DNA of 61,496 nt, counting the filler, from Dugesia japonica (taxonomy: Eukaryota), in assembly GCA_001938525.1 (NCBI GenBank). It is 6 parts of 6 records of this genome, joined end to end, with 100 filler letters (N's around TTAATTAATTAA, not from the genome) between each part and the next. Parts side by side here need not be neighbours in the genome. Positions count along the whole stretch, not along the records: positions 1 to 8,844 come from MQRL01456218.1; positions 8,945 to 21,505 come from MQRL01602253.1; 4 more parts are not named here. The stretch is one strand, 5' to 3'. Below, piece after piece: positions 1-11,994 of this stretch (the first letter of the stretch is position 1; each line of letters starts with the position of its first letter). The notes below the pieces were generated by a model. It worked only from the letters and a program-made list of their open reading frames with translations. It ran no database searches and was not told the origin of the DNA. The translations under genes and the position numbers were made by a program.

Positions 1-212
1 TGACAATATGGAAAATATGACTGCAGAGATATAAATTATAATTTTGGAATTATAACGAAAGTGATTTTAGATGAGTTTAACTGCATAATCAACAAAAATG
101 ATAACAAATCAAATTAAATAAAATTAATTACTATTTATTAAATATAATTAATAATTAAATTACTACTACTTATAAATATTATTAAGTGCATTAAATTCAA
201 TTCAAGACTTAC

Positions 213-666
213 TTTTATTCCACTGACTCTACTTGAATTGGAATTATTAATCATTTCTTGGTGCCAGCTATTTTTAAATAATATCCAAACGATTATAAGA
301 CCAGAGTCATCAGCACTTGTCATTTTATCAAATTTTTCATTCCAAGTTATTTTCGTTAAATTACCTGATATTATTACAAATAACTCTCAACAACCCTTTT
401 ATTTACTTTTATGTTCTTCTAAAGTTTCATTCATTGTCAAATTTGTAGGTGCAGCTATACCCCTAGTATTTCCATCAACTTGAGGATCCAACTTTAGTAC
501 TTTTAATAGTCCATTAACTCCACCACATGCTATATAACCTTTATTAGTATTCCATGAAAGAGTTGTTAACTGAATATCATTAGGAATAGAAATCTATTTA
601 AAATTATAAGCAATCAAATAAATTAAATATAAAATAATAAACCTTCTTGCTTAAATAGACAAACAT
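213..666 (-). CDS. WDR35: WD-repeat protein 35 / IFT121, first three coding exons (666-643, 593-407, 364-213); gene continues beyond window start
   Basis: Spliced translation MFVYLSKK|[36 protein letters not shown]...[13 protein letters not shown]|[40 protein letters not shown] matches the WDR35 N-terminus as I recall it; GT-AG introns of 49 and 42 bp keep the frame. Confidence 0.93.
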
Positions 667-1368
667 TTATTAATTATTATTATTGTTTACTTATAGCAAA
701 AAATCTTTACTATTATTCTTCAAAAATTTTAAAAAATTACTAATATTTTAGAATTTAAATTAAGAATTGCGTATTAATTAAAAGGTAACTAAGAAGTAAG
801 TATTAAAACATATTAACTTGAACAAAAATTAATGAAAAATCGATAAAATATTTTTTTGGAAAAATTCAGGAATAATTTACAAAACTCAGAATTGTGATAA
901 ATATTGTAATAAAAAAGATATAAATACAATTTAAATTATTTTGATCATTAATTTATTCTAATTTTGAATTTTTTCAACACCATAGTTTATGTAATTCCTT
1001 TCATTATGATAAAATAATGAAATAAAAACTAAATATGTAAAAATCTAAAAATTTAATTATAATAACCCTATCATACATAAATAACAAAAGAAAATATGAA
1101 AGTTTTATCAATGCATTTAAGAACTTCAGGTAGCAAAGTATTTTCATCGTATATAGTTTATATATCAGAAAGTATAAAAAAAATTATTATTGCGAAAGTG
1201 CGCTATAAAAGTGATCGTAAAATTTACATAGTAGATAGATACTACAGCATTAAGCCCACCCTCCACCCCAGCCGAAAAATAAATGTTAACTTTCGGTGTT
1301 GAAATTTTGGTCAATAAATATAGATTCATACTGTAAAGCGGATGGCTTATGTTACAGTTTAGTTTGAC

Positions 1369-1657
1369 CAATAACTTTCTGTGTTTATTGGCTTATTGTA
1401 TCTATGGGCTTTCTGAATTCATTAGCTTATTGTGTTTAATAGTTTACCGTGCCCCTTAGATTTATACGTCTATAATTTTTCTGAGTTTATTAGCTTATTG
1501 CACCTATTAGTTTATTGTAGTTATTGGTTTACAGTATCAATTACCTTAATGTATCTGTAATCTTATTATGTCCACTAGTTTACTATGCTCATTAGTTTAT
1601 TATACTCATTGATTTAATGTGTTTATTGCCTTATTGAGTCCATTGGTCTACTGTGCA
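1369..1657. repeat. Degenerate tandem array of 17 units of 17 bp, consensus about YATTRGYTTAYTGTRYY
   Basis: Units such as tattggcttattgtatc, cattagcttattgtgtt, tattagcttattgcacc, tattggtttacagtatc, cattggtctactgtgca fall in exact 17-bp register without indels. Confidence 0.85.
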
Positions 1658-1809
1658 GAAACGATCGCTGAAATCCATAAAACAAATGTAGTAAAATATC
1701 CATAATTGACTCAAAAAATTGGTTAAACCTGTTACAACTGATGAACACAATGAAACAAAACAGCAAAATACATACAATGAACCATAGAAATTTGTTAAAC
1801 CAAATAAAT

Positions 1810-2157
1810 CTGATGAACAAAGTTCATTCATAAATTACTAAGTAATTATATTTAATGATGAACACATGATCATAGACGGCTAAGTGATCGTGTGTGTTGA
1901 TAGGTAAATGAACATTTACACATACAATGTGTGTACACTGGAGACTAATTTCCTATATTTTTGAGAAATATGGAATATTGTAAACACTTGAAAGAGATTC
2001 ATTTGACGGCAAAGTTAACATATAGGTTGATGAGTGCACGAAGTGATTTCATAAACAATTCATTAATACTTTTGGTTGATGAGCTCACAAAGTGTGCTCA
2101 TAGACGATTGAGTTAGCAGTCATATATTTGAATGAGAGCATGAAGTACGCTCATCGC
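1810..2157. repeat. Spaced imperfect hairpin repeats, ATGAG(n)CAC-RAA-GTG(n)CTCAT type
   Basis: Copies with ATGAG at 2030, 2079 and 2132 (period 49-53 bp) plus shorter ATGAAC-AAA-GTTCAT-like variants near 1814 and 1858. Confidence 0.65.
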
Positions 2158-2620
2158 CGATCAATGTAAACACACAAAGTACATCTCAGTGTAATGTGAA
2201 ATACTCACCGGGCGTAAATAGTTATTAAATTTTCATTTGAACAATGTTACTGTTCGTATTCTTCCCCAGAAATAAAAAAATAATAAAATCTCCACTGATT
2301 ACTTTAATTTAAAAATCTCAACTGGAAAATCGAATATTTTGATGAAGCTTTATGTTTTTTATGCTCCAAGTATATGATTGACGTGCAAGTACATCTGTCG
2401 ATTTTTGTAATAGTTAAGTGCTGGATATTTGATATTTGAATGCTTTAATAAAAATTTACTATGATTACATTGTTTGGTTTTGAGTTGATAGCTTATTTTT
2501 TTTAAATTATATTAGTTACACTGATTAAATATTTTTTAAATATTACATTAAAATTGTGTAATTATGATTTTATAATAAATATGGGTATTAAATGAAGTCA
2601 GATTTTGAAAGAAACGTAAC

Positions 2621-4960
2621 TGGCGACCATGCTAAAATTTCAATGTTGTAACACGCCAAAACAAAGAAAATTAATTTTAGAAGCCTAGCCTAAGAAACCT
2701 CGGGAGCTTATGAACTTTAATATAAGAAAATATAATAGAAAATTTGAATCAGAAGCTATAACATGGCTAAATGAAATCGGAGAATGGTTCATTTTAAATA
2801 ATTATTAAATTATAATTTAAGCTTAATGGAAATTTTCGAATTCTTGTTATCATAGGAAGCTGGAGTTTTATGAAATGATTTTAAGTGTAGTGGAATAAAG
2901 AAAGAAAATGCAACAAAAGTGGTTTGTAGATACTTTAAAATCTATCATGGAAATGATAATGAAGTTTCCAACAGTTAAACAAGAATCAGAAGAAAGATTT
3001 GCAACATTCAAGATACTTGTGAGAAATTAAGTTAATTGTGTATTGAATTCAGGATTAAGTAATGAGTAGATTGTAAATGATTTGCTGACAAAGCAGTTTA
3101 GGAATTAAAATTTGCGAGAGACTCTTACAGCAAGACCAGATATTAAAGTTACCGAAATAAGACCTCTGACAAAAAAATTTGAAAATGAAGAACATTTCCA
3201 ATGCGTTGTTGGAAAATAAGATATTTATGCAATACAGAGAAAAAGGTTATTCAAATGTGAAAAAGGAAACCTAAGTATCCATGAGAAATGAACTCAAAAC
3301 CAGCCGTCAAATAGTTTTAAAACCAATAATAATGTAAGACATGAAATACCATGAACAGGAATGTCAACATATTAGAGAAAATACAATGAGAGGACGTCAC
3401 AAACAGTGATTACAGAGAACAGAGTGCAGAGTTTAAGTAGAAAACATATAGTTTCAAAGAAACAGCTTGCAAGGTGCTAATTTAATAGATATAGAAAATT
3501 ACCAGAACGGCAAGAAGAAAATTAACAAGACTAACAATGTTATTGTTGTAGAAAACATTGACATATGCGTTATCAATGTTCATTACAAGACAAATGTTTG
3601 ATATCTTCAAAGAAACAAATAACAAAGGTCTAACTAATTTAATTTCAAAACTTGATGAAATATACATGTCGTCTTAGTTTGATATTTGACACACAAAACA
3701 ATTGGTTCATTAAATAAAAAAGTTTGGGGATACAATTGTTCAACATCCTAGGAGACAACAGGTGCATTTGTAAAAGAAGATTGACGAAATGATACAGGAT
3801 TTAATAAGTATTGGTGTAATTAGCAAATGTAAAAGCCTGTGGAATTCACCTTTAGTAATTTTTGAAAAAAAGATGGTTCGATAATGATGTGTGTCGATTA
3901 TCGACAACTGAATGTGATCACCAAACAGTTTCATTTTCGATTCCAGACATCTAGTTATAATTAGATTGCTTAGCAGGTGCTAAAATAATTTTTTTAATTG
4001 TTCTAGAACAAACTTATCACCAGGTAGAATTATCAGAAGGTTCAAAAGATGTTACGGCGTTTAGTACAAAAGAGGGTCAATTTCCATTCGGGTTAGCAAC
4101 GGCTACATTTCAAAAGTTGATGNATGAAATATTGNCAGGGGTAATTTTTAAAGGTGTCATCATATATCTAGATGATATATTAGTGCATTGAAAGACAGTC
4201 GAAGATCATAATTAAATTTGCTACATCTTTGTATGAAGCTATTTCAGGATGTGATAAAACTTCGATGTGGACAAATTTTGAAAACCTTAAAGACAAGTTA
4301 TACAATGCACATTTTTAGATTACTCAAGAGAAAATAGAATGTTTATCCTAGATACTGGTGCAAGTTTTAGAGCTATCGGTGCAGTGTTGAGCCAAAGAAC
4401 GGGAAATGGTGAAGAGGTAGTGATAGCATATGAATCCAGGCACCTCACTGCTCATGAAAAGAGCTACTGCGTTACAAGAAAAAAATTTTTAGAGTTACAT
4501 GAATACGTGGTACATTTCAAGCAATACCCATATGAAATGAGATTCTAAGCAAGAACATATCACAAAGCAATGGTATTTATAAAAAACACAGAAATTTGAT
4601 CAGCCTACAATTTCAGACGTGGATGGCAAACATAGGAGAATATGATTTTTAGTTGAGAAATATGCTCACAATGCTAAAAAGTCTATTTGGATCCCAAGCA
4701 AGAATTACCAAGAGTTAGAATCAAATTAGAATCATACAACAGAGCATAAAATCATAGAGAAAATTCAAAATGAACAGAAAGATTATACAATAAAACCAAG
4801 AAAAATTGAAATAATGCAAAACGAAGTACGAGTAGCAAGAAGATTACTCAGGGAAGTTATTTGAATAAACTTGATAGTGAGTTGAAAATCGAAGATAAAG
4901 TATTCGTTGTTGAAAGACAAAATAAATTAATTCATTAAGACAAGATAATTAATTCATACC
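2621..4960 (+). mobile_element. Decayed Ty3/gypsy LTR retrotransposon (gag, RT, RNase H fragments)
   Basis: PBS-like TGGCGACC at 2621; RT motifs SLWNSPLVI, CVDYRQLN, FPFGLA, IIYLDDILV; RNase H FILDTGAS..AIGAVLSQ..YCVTRK; many stops and frameshifts. Confidence 0.9.
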
Positions 4961-5659
4961 TGAAATTATGACTTTATCGGTTTCGCGGTCATCAATATCA
5001 AAGTAATAGCTTAATAATACGTTTTATGAGGATATTTTATACATATTATGGATAATTATTGAAATTGTATGTTGCATAATTAATATTTAATAATAACAAT
5101 AATGATAATGACGATTATTATTAATGATAGTATTAATTGTGATAATGATAATAATCACATCTGTAATGTTAATAATAACAGTAACAAGAAGGAATATATT
5201 AGCGATAATAATAATAAATGCCCAGCATATTGTTGATTCAACAATATCCTAATAATAAGAACAAAATATTATTAAACAATCTGGGAGACTGATCATAGGT
5301 ATACTTCTAGATCTGATTAAATACGTATAATTCGATAATGTATTTTTAAAATTATTAATTTGTGATATAAACTGCGGTAACGAAAATCTTTAACAATTTA
5401 CTAAAACATAGCAGTATTGTTAAAGAATATTATATTGAATGAATAATCAGTGACATTAATAAAAGAAGATGCAATGGACTAAAGAGGATATTTAAAAGAT
5501 AAAAATCGAACTAAAAGAATACGAACATGCAATCGATCTAAGGAATACGAGTCACCAGATCTATTCTAAATATCTAGATTGGAAACTTTAAATTAAATTC
5601 TTCGCGAGAGATAACTGACCTATGTTACCCCTAGACATAAATTTAAACTAACTAGATAG

Positions 5660-6738
5660 AACCCCAACATTATCAAATCATCGATTTCTGTGGTATTTCT
5701 ATTTTTATACTGCACATCAGTTACAGCTAAGTGTATGTCGTGTGAAAACTATAATTTTTTAATTGAAATTAATAATTGGTCAAGTGTTTTCATAACTGTA
5801 CCATTATCATTTCTAGATGCAAGTATGATCGCACTTAGATCCAATTTAATATATTTTAGAATATTAGAAACCAATTCTAATATTTTTTCAACATTAGATG
5901 AATTAATTATGCAAACTAAGCCCAGATTAAAATTTTTTGTATCATAATATACGTTGATATCTAAATATCTTTACTATTCTACTCATTTAAAGTTATAAAA
6001 CCAATTTCCTGTACTCTATTAATACGATTAATTTAAAGGTTTGCGCTTTAAATTGTTAAAAAATTTGTAAATAAGATTCATTACACATGATTTATTTTTA
6101 AGTAATGAATATACTCGTCATGGTATAGACTTACGTGTGATGGAGTTGTTTGTTGTGTTGTTAAAGCCTAGGATAATAGAAGTTTTAATAAAATTTATTC
6201 TAAGCTGCTTCTTTTTAGGAAGTTAAAAATGCTGCTTTGTTTGTGTGGACAGATAAGGTGAGAAATCAAGGTAAATTTTGTGAGCTGCATAAGGTTCATT
6301 ATGAAGATGATTCGTAGACAATCCTTTGCAGCTCAAAATTTTGTTTAAATAATCACAGCGTGCCTTGTCCACTGCAAATTTTTCAAAACTCTTCCAAACT
6401 TTAGACTTTCTTTTAATATCATTGTGTTCTGAAAAAAGAACGAACCTCATTTTATTTTCAATAATTGAAAAGTACAAAAGTTTTTTTGACACTTTTAAAT
6501 AACTATTAAATTAATTGTCAAAATATATACATTTTTATCATTGATAGTAAATTAACAAAAATTGAAATTAAGATAAAATTCAAATAACTGCTTACATTTA
6601 AGAAGTAAACATTCCAAATGAACATAAAAATACAAACTTAAAATATTAATCATATATTTTAAAATATGCGGTCTTCAAAGTTTCATTGTTCATTAAACCC
6701 GGTTTAATAAATTTGTAAACCGGTTTTTCGATGTCATG
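5660..6738 (-). mobile_element. Decayed hAT DNA transposon (BED finger plus catalytic-core fragment)
   Basis: Minus-strand SKVWKSFEK..ARC..KILSCKGLSTNHLH..H (BED-like); NLGLVCI..DNGTVMK..HDIHLAVTDV resembles the hAT core; AAACCGG subterminal motifs near 6696-6730. Confidence 0.7.
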
Positions 6739-7699
6739 AATTTTAATAAAACGGTCATGTAACTTAGTACATTAAGAAAATATAAACATGCATATGCACT
6801 GGATAATAAATAAATCCACTTACGTACATGGAGCATATATTATGAAGCAACACCGAACACTGAATATTTGATACTGAACACGTTCAATTTAAGAGTTATT
6901 CTTATTCTAGGTTGAAAAGTTGATTACCAAAACTGATCAGAAGAATAAACTGATTATTCAAGTTGTAAAAAACTCGGCTTTTTATATATTTTTCAGAATA
7001 TATTTTTATTGTCTATTTTTATCCAAAATTTAATAAAATTAAATATTTGAGTTTTTTTCCTTGTAGACTTAGGTAATGTTTATGTGTGCTTCATCACTAA
7101 CATGGATGAAGTAACATGAACTTACAAAGATTAACCAAAGTAGTTGATTATATTAGAAATGATTAGAAGGCTTTCAGAGATCTACGTGGGTGTATTTTGC
7201 TAGATTCACTCAATGAATTTGATTCTAAACAGTCTTTGTTTTATAAGAAAATGGCTCCATTTATAAAGGAATGTTCAATATAACAATGATTCAAGGTAGC
7301 ACTTTTCAATGTGCATATATGAATATGAATAGTATTTAAAATATTTTCAAATAATACAATTAAAAATAGATTAAGAATAATTTGAAATTAAAATGAAATT
7401 TTTTATGTATATTATTATTTGATAAAAAATTATTTTTTTCTTAATATATAAGAAAATTAAATACGTCGTTTTAATATTTCTCTTCATTTATTATAATAAT
7501 TAAAGCGTCGATGAATGTAAATTTATATTTTTTAAACTTAAAAAAAATGTTAAAATTTAAGCTGTAAAATTAAAATATTTTCTAATTTTAAGTACTAATA
7601 GTTCAAGTTATTTTCTTTATTAAATAATTACTTTATTTTTAGTAATTTTTAACTTTATGGATTTATGCTGTAAATTTAAAATCATTTTGTTACTTTAAA

Positions 7700-8778
7700 A
7701 TGGATAAACTGCGAAGAGTTATTATCCATAAATCGGAAACTGGGTATATGTTTTCTATTAAAGATTTAGGTTATTTTATTTTATTCTTTTAAAAATATAT
7801 TACTTATTAGTAATTATTAATTTAAAATGAAATTATTTAGGTTGTGTTTATTCTGAAGCTGCTCCAGTTAGTAAAGTAATTCCTAATGGACCAGCTGATT
7901 CCGCAGGTTTGCGACCAGGCGATGGTTTAGTTGCTATCAATTCCAATTTAGTTAAAGGGAAAACACGTGTAGATTTATATAACATAATTAAGTCGTGTCG
8001 AGGTGTGAGTCTTGAATTAACTGTAATAGAGAATTACTTTGCATCAAATAGTCCTAGTTTTCTTTCTAATAAAGTAAATTTTAAATTAAAATCAAAATTA
8101 GAATTTTTCTTGATAATGAATTAAATTAGCTAATTTCCGCAGAAGAAAGAAAGCGAGCAACTAATAACAGTACTCCATTATCTATAGAAGAAGATCCCAC
8201 AGAAGAGGAATTGTTTTCAGATTCACCTCATATTATAAAAAAGAAAGCCTATACGTATGATAAAGCTGATTTTAAAAAGTTCAACGATGAAGAAGAAGCA
8301 GAAGACAAAGAAAAAGTGTCGAAAACATACACAAGTGCTTCGGATTTGTGTTCAGAAATTAGTATCAGATAATATTGCAAATATCTAATTAAGTTTACGT
8401 TTTAAAATAGGCAAAGAAGAATACAATAACCATCAACCTGGGAATCTGCATAAATTTAGATCGAATCAGCCGAAAATCAATTATAAACCAGCAAAGAACA
8501 CCAATAGTTCCACATCGACTGCAAAATCCGATATGGAGATCGACATGGTTGGAAGTTGTATGTCTTCATCGACAGATAGCAACTGTCAGCTTGTCAATGC
8601 GAAAATGACTCGATATGATCGCAGCAAGCTCGTTTACCACTATGCATACAAACAAAACTCTAATAAGAAATCATTTCTCACTAACAACAACAGCAATAAC
8701 AACAACATTAATAAAATACTGATCGACTCGCAGCAGGTTCGTAACAACTCCTGTTCATTTGCCGTTCTAATATTGTGA
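7700..8778 (+). CDS. N-terminal PDZ-domain protein; exons 7700-7769, 7841-8073, 8130-8361, 8411-(~8736 donor or stop at 8778)
   Basis: Spliced MDKLRRVIIHKSETGYMFSIKDLG..VSKVIPNGPADSAGLRPGDGLVAIN..SLELTV is a PDZ signature; three short GT-AG introns keep the frame; probably truncated by scaffold end. Confidence 0.85.

Positions 8779-8844
<66 letters not shown>
8779..8844. repeat. (ATT)n microsatellite at scaffold end
   Basis: Pure ATT run directly before the N spacer. Confidence 0.95.
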
Positions 8845-8944
8845 NNNNNNNNNNNNNNNNNNNNNNNNNNNNNNNNNNNNNNNNNNNNTTAATTAATTAA
8901 NNNNNNNNNNNNNNNNNNNNNNNNNNNNNNNNNNNNNNNNNNNN
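8845..8944. other. Artificial scaffold-joining spacer 1
   Basis: 44 N + TTAATTAATTAA (stops in all six frames) + 44 N. Confidence 0.95.
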
Positions 8945-9003
8945 ACATTGATTTTTCATTTCTTCATAGAAATGAACAATGGCAGACTGTGAAACTCCCG
9001 TGT

Positions 9004-9297
9004 CTATCTACCCCTGGCCCATAAACGTATCCAATGAATACATGAATTAAAAGAAATTTTAAATTTTTGGGAAGAATGATTTTCTTCTGATTGAAAAGTA
9101 TTTCCTATAATTTGCACAATTCTTCTGTAAACCCCGCCATGAAACAGTGTCATTGTTTCTTTTTGTATTAGATTCTTTAAATAAATTTCCACAAGAAACA
9201 CATTTTCTGGTAGTAATAGGAGAGAATTTTCTCTTAAAAACCACATTGTTTCAGATGCAGTACCAACGATAATATATTTGATTGTATCAAAATCCAT
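9004..9297 (-). mobile_element. Merlin/IS1016-like transposase N-terminal fragment, frameshifted
   Basis: Two frames combine to CVSCG..DTVSWR..KNC..SIRRKSFF/..FKISF..WIRLWA, resembling the Cys-rich WRC/SIR.GSFF region of Merlin transposases. Confidence 0.6.
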
Positions 9298-11994
9298 AAA
9301 ATCTCAGATAAAAAACCATATTACAAAATAAAAAAACTATTTGAAAAAATTTTATTTTNTGATTTTGTGAACTTTTCAAAAATAAGAATGAACTGTGTGT
9401 GCATAATTATACATTAATCATGGATAATGTTGAATTTCATAAAATGGTTAATTTTGTGTCTGAAAATTAATTTGTTATGCTTTAAAAGCTTTAAGAAGAG
9501 AACATTTTTAAAATTTTAATTTTTAATTTTTTTATTTGTTAAAATAATATTTTTATTTGTTAAAATAGTTTTTTCAATTTAAAAACATGATAAATATAAT
9601 TGTTCAATTTAAAAACATGATGTAAAGAAGTTTGATATTTGGATTTCAGATCAAATTAAAATGAGATTGGATTTTTGTAATTGTTCTCTTTTTAAAAAAG
9701 TAATTTTCTATTTTAATTTTATGTAAATCAACTGTAGAATATTTCAGAACAATAGTGATTTTCTCAAATAATCCATCACGGATTGTATGATAACATAAAC
9801 AAATCATTTACAGAATAAAAAGTCAAAATTAAATAATAAACAAAACGTAAAAATATTGCGATAATAAAAGTTTTTTTCAATGATTTAAATTTTATTGTCA
9901 AAATTAAAAATTGATTAATTAGTTATATCATAATTATNNNNNNNNNNNNNNNNNNNNNNNNNNNNNNNNNNNNNNNNNNNNNNNNNNNNNNNNNNNNCGA
10001 TCCACTTTGTAAGAAAAATTTGTAATTTTATGCATTTCTATCCGAAGGTTCTGAATTAATTAACGCTTAACTATGGTAGTATTCTTCATAATGACAATGC
10101 TGTTTCTTTCCAAAAAGTCACTTTAAATCTCCAATAAATAAACTTCTCTCTGTCGACGCTCATACTAGGTTGGGTACACTCTATCTCGTCCGATCTTGGA
10201 ATGTTAATTAACACTAGGCCTCGTTAGTACTTATAACGTGAGCAGTGCCGACTAAGGCTGGCTGAGGTTTGTTTAGTAATAACCTTACGCATTTCCAGTG
10301 CAAAAAGTAGTCAACCATTTCTTATTAGATTTCTTGAGTGTTCGGCTGTTTCCGGTTAAGTCCCTTCAAATTCTCTTAGAATTCTCTGCCTTAGAAGAGT
10401 TTCATCATTATATCGTCAAAGAGACACTCAAAATCAGCTGGTAGACTCCGATTCCGGCTAGCTGATATCCATGTGACATCCGATCTACGGTGCTCATTCA
10501 ATGCGGTTTTCAGTCTGAAAATGGCTTTGTTTATTGTAGCGTATTAATACGGGTAGTTCCTCTATTCAATTAATTAAACTTTTACCAATAAAATTTGGTT
10601 TTTGCAAACAGTTTTAGCAATTTATTCGAAATCTTTAAGTATTAATTTTTTTATAGTTTTCCAAATGTTAACGTCAATTGTTATGTTAGTAATTGATTAA
10701 ATTATAAAAAAAATATATTTACTGACTACATCTTTCTATAAGAGCATATGTTGCAAACTGAATGAAATCAACTAATTTATTTGTCAATAATGGAAATAGG
10801 AGGCTAGATTTCTTGTAAATTCCCTACTAAAAAAATATTGTTGCCCTTTTTTTTAATAACGTCCCACTTTTAAAAATCCGTAAATAAATGCGACTGGTAG
10901 TGCTTTAAAACTTAGTAAAATAAGAGCATGGCGACACAAAAATTTTTAAATAAAACAATTTCAAACTATTATGAAGTTTCAAGCACAAAGAGAAAAAAGA
11001 TGAAGCAGACAAGCCTATGTGATTACGACAGAAATGAGTCCAATATTTGTGACTAAATTCAAGCTTAAAATTCTGGCAGCCTTTGATTTTTCAGAGGTTT
11101 ATTCTCATTGAAATTTGATATTGTNNNNNNNNNNNNNNNNNNNNNNNNNNNNNNNNNNNNNNNNNNNNNNNNNNNNNNNNNNNNNNNNNAACTTTAAAAA
11201 TATTTTTAATCATATTTAAATAATTATAATTATATGAACTAAAATAAAAATAAAATATAGTAAACTAAATATTAACAATTAAATAATAATCGATTTTATA
11301 AATATTTAAATTTGTTTAGAACACATGAAGAGAAAAGAATTTCCAATAATTACAGAAAACAGAAATTTTGGTTTTAACGAAAAAACCAGAGATTTAACAA
11401 AAAGATTTTTATGTTGAAAAGAATAAATATTTCGGTGTCTATTGGAATAATTTAAATCAAGTATGCACATTCGTGTTAGTGGAAAATTTTATTGATATAC
11501 TTGAAGTTATGATAGTCGATTATAGTAAATGAATTGCTTTTGCTTTTTAGTTCTGTTTTAAGAGTTATTTTAGTAATATTTCGAATTTTGTGTGTAACTT
11601 AATAAACAGCTATTTATACTAATAGTTTGTTGACAATATTTGAGTACTTATTTAAATAGCTTTATGTTCAACTTATAAAATAGTAATATTGTGGAAATTT
11701 AAATTTAGAAAAATATCATTCTTACTATACGGCCGTTGTAAAAAAATATTTTGCTATGCTGCAGTTAATAGCTAAAAGGTTGCGCGCCTCCTTTTTAAAT
11801 CATCAATTTGTTTTCTTGATGCTTAAATAAAAACATGTACGTTAGGAAAAAAAATTTATACATATGTATGAGTTTGTTCACAGTCTAGAATCTAGATATT
11901 ATTCAACAATGAGTGAAGGAACTTTATTCGAAAACTTAAAAAATATATATTTTTAAAAATATCATACTTCATAAATTGCCTACTGCTCTATTAT

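Noticed and set aside
1738-1756. CTGATGA...GAAAC hammerhead-like word
   Set aside because: No convincing stem II, no UH cleavage site and no stem I pairing
1369-2200. CRISPR array
   Set aside because: Repeats are not identical, the context is eukaryotic, and no cas-like ORFs are present; kept only as unusual repeats
8889-8900. TTAATTAATTAA as a biological palindrome or piggyBac target site
   Set aside because: Always centred in 44 N flanks; assembly linker
10140-10560. GC-richer segment, possibly a retroelement gag fragment
   Set aside because: No motif I can identify; left unannotated
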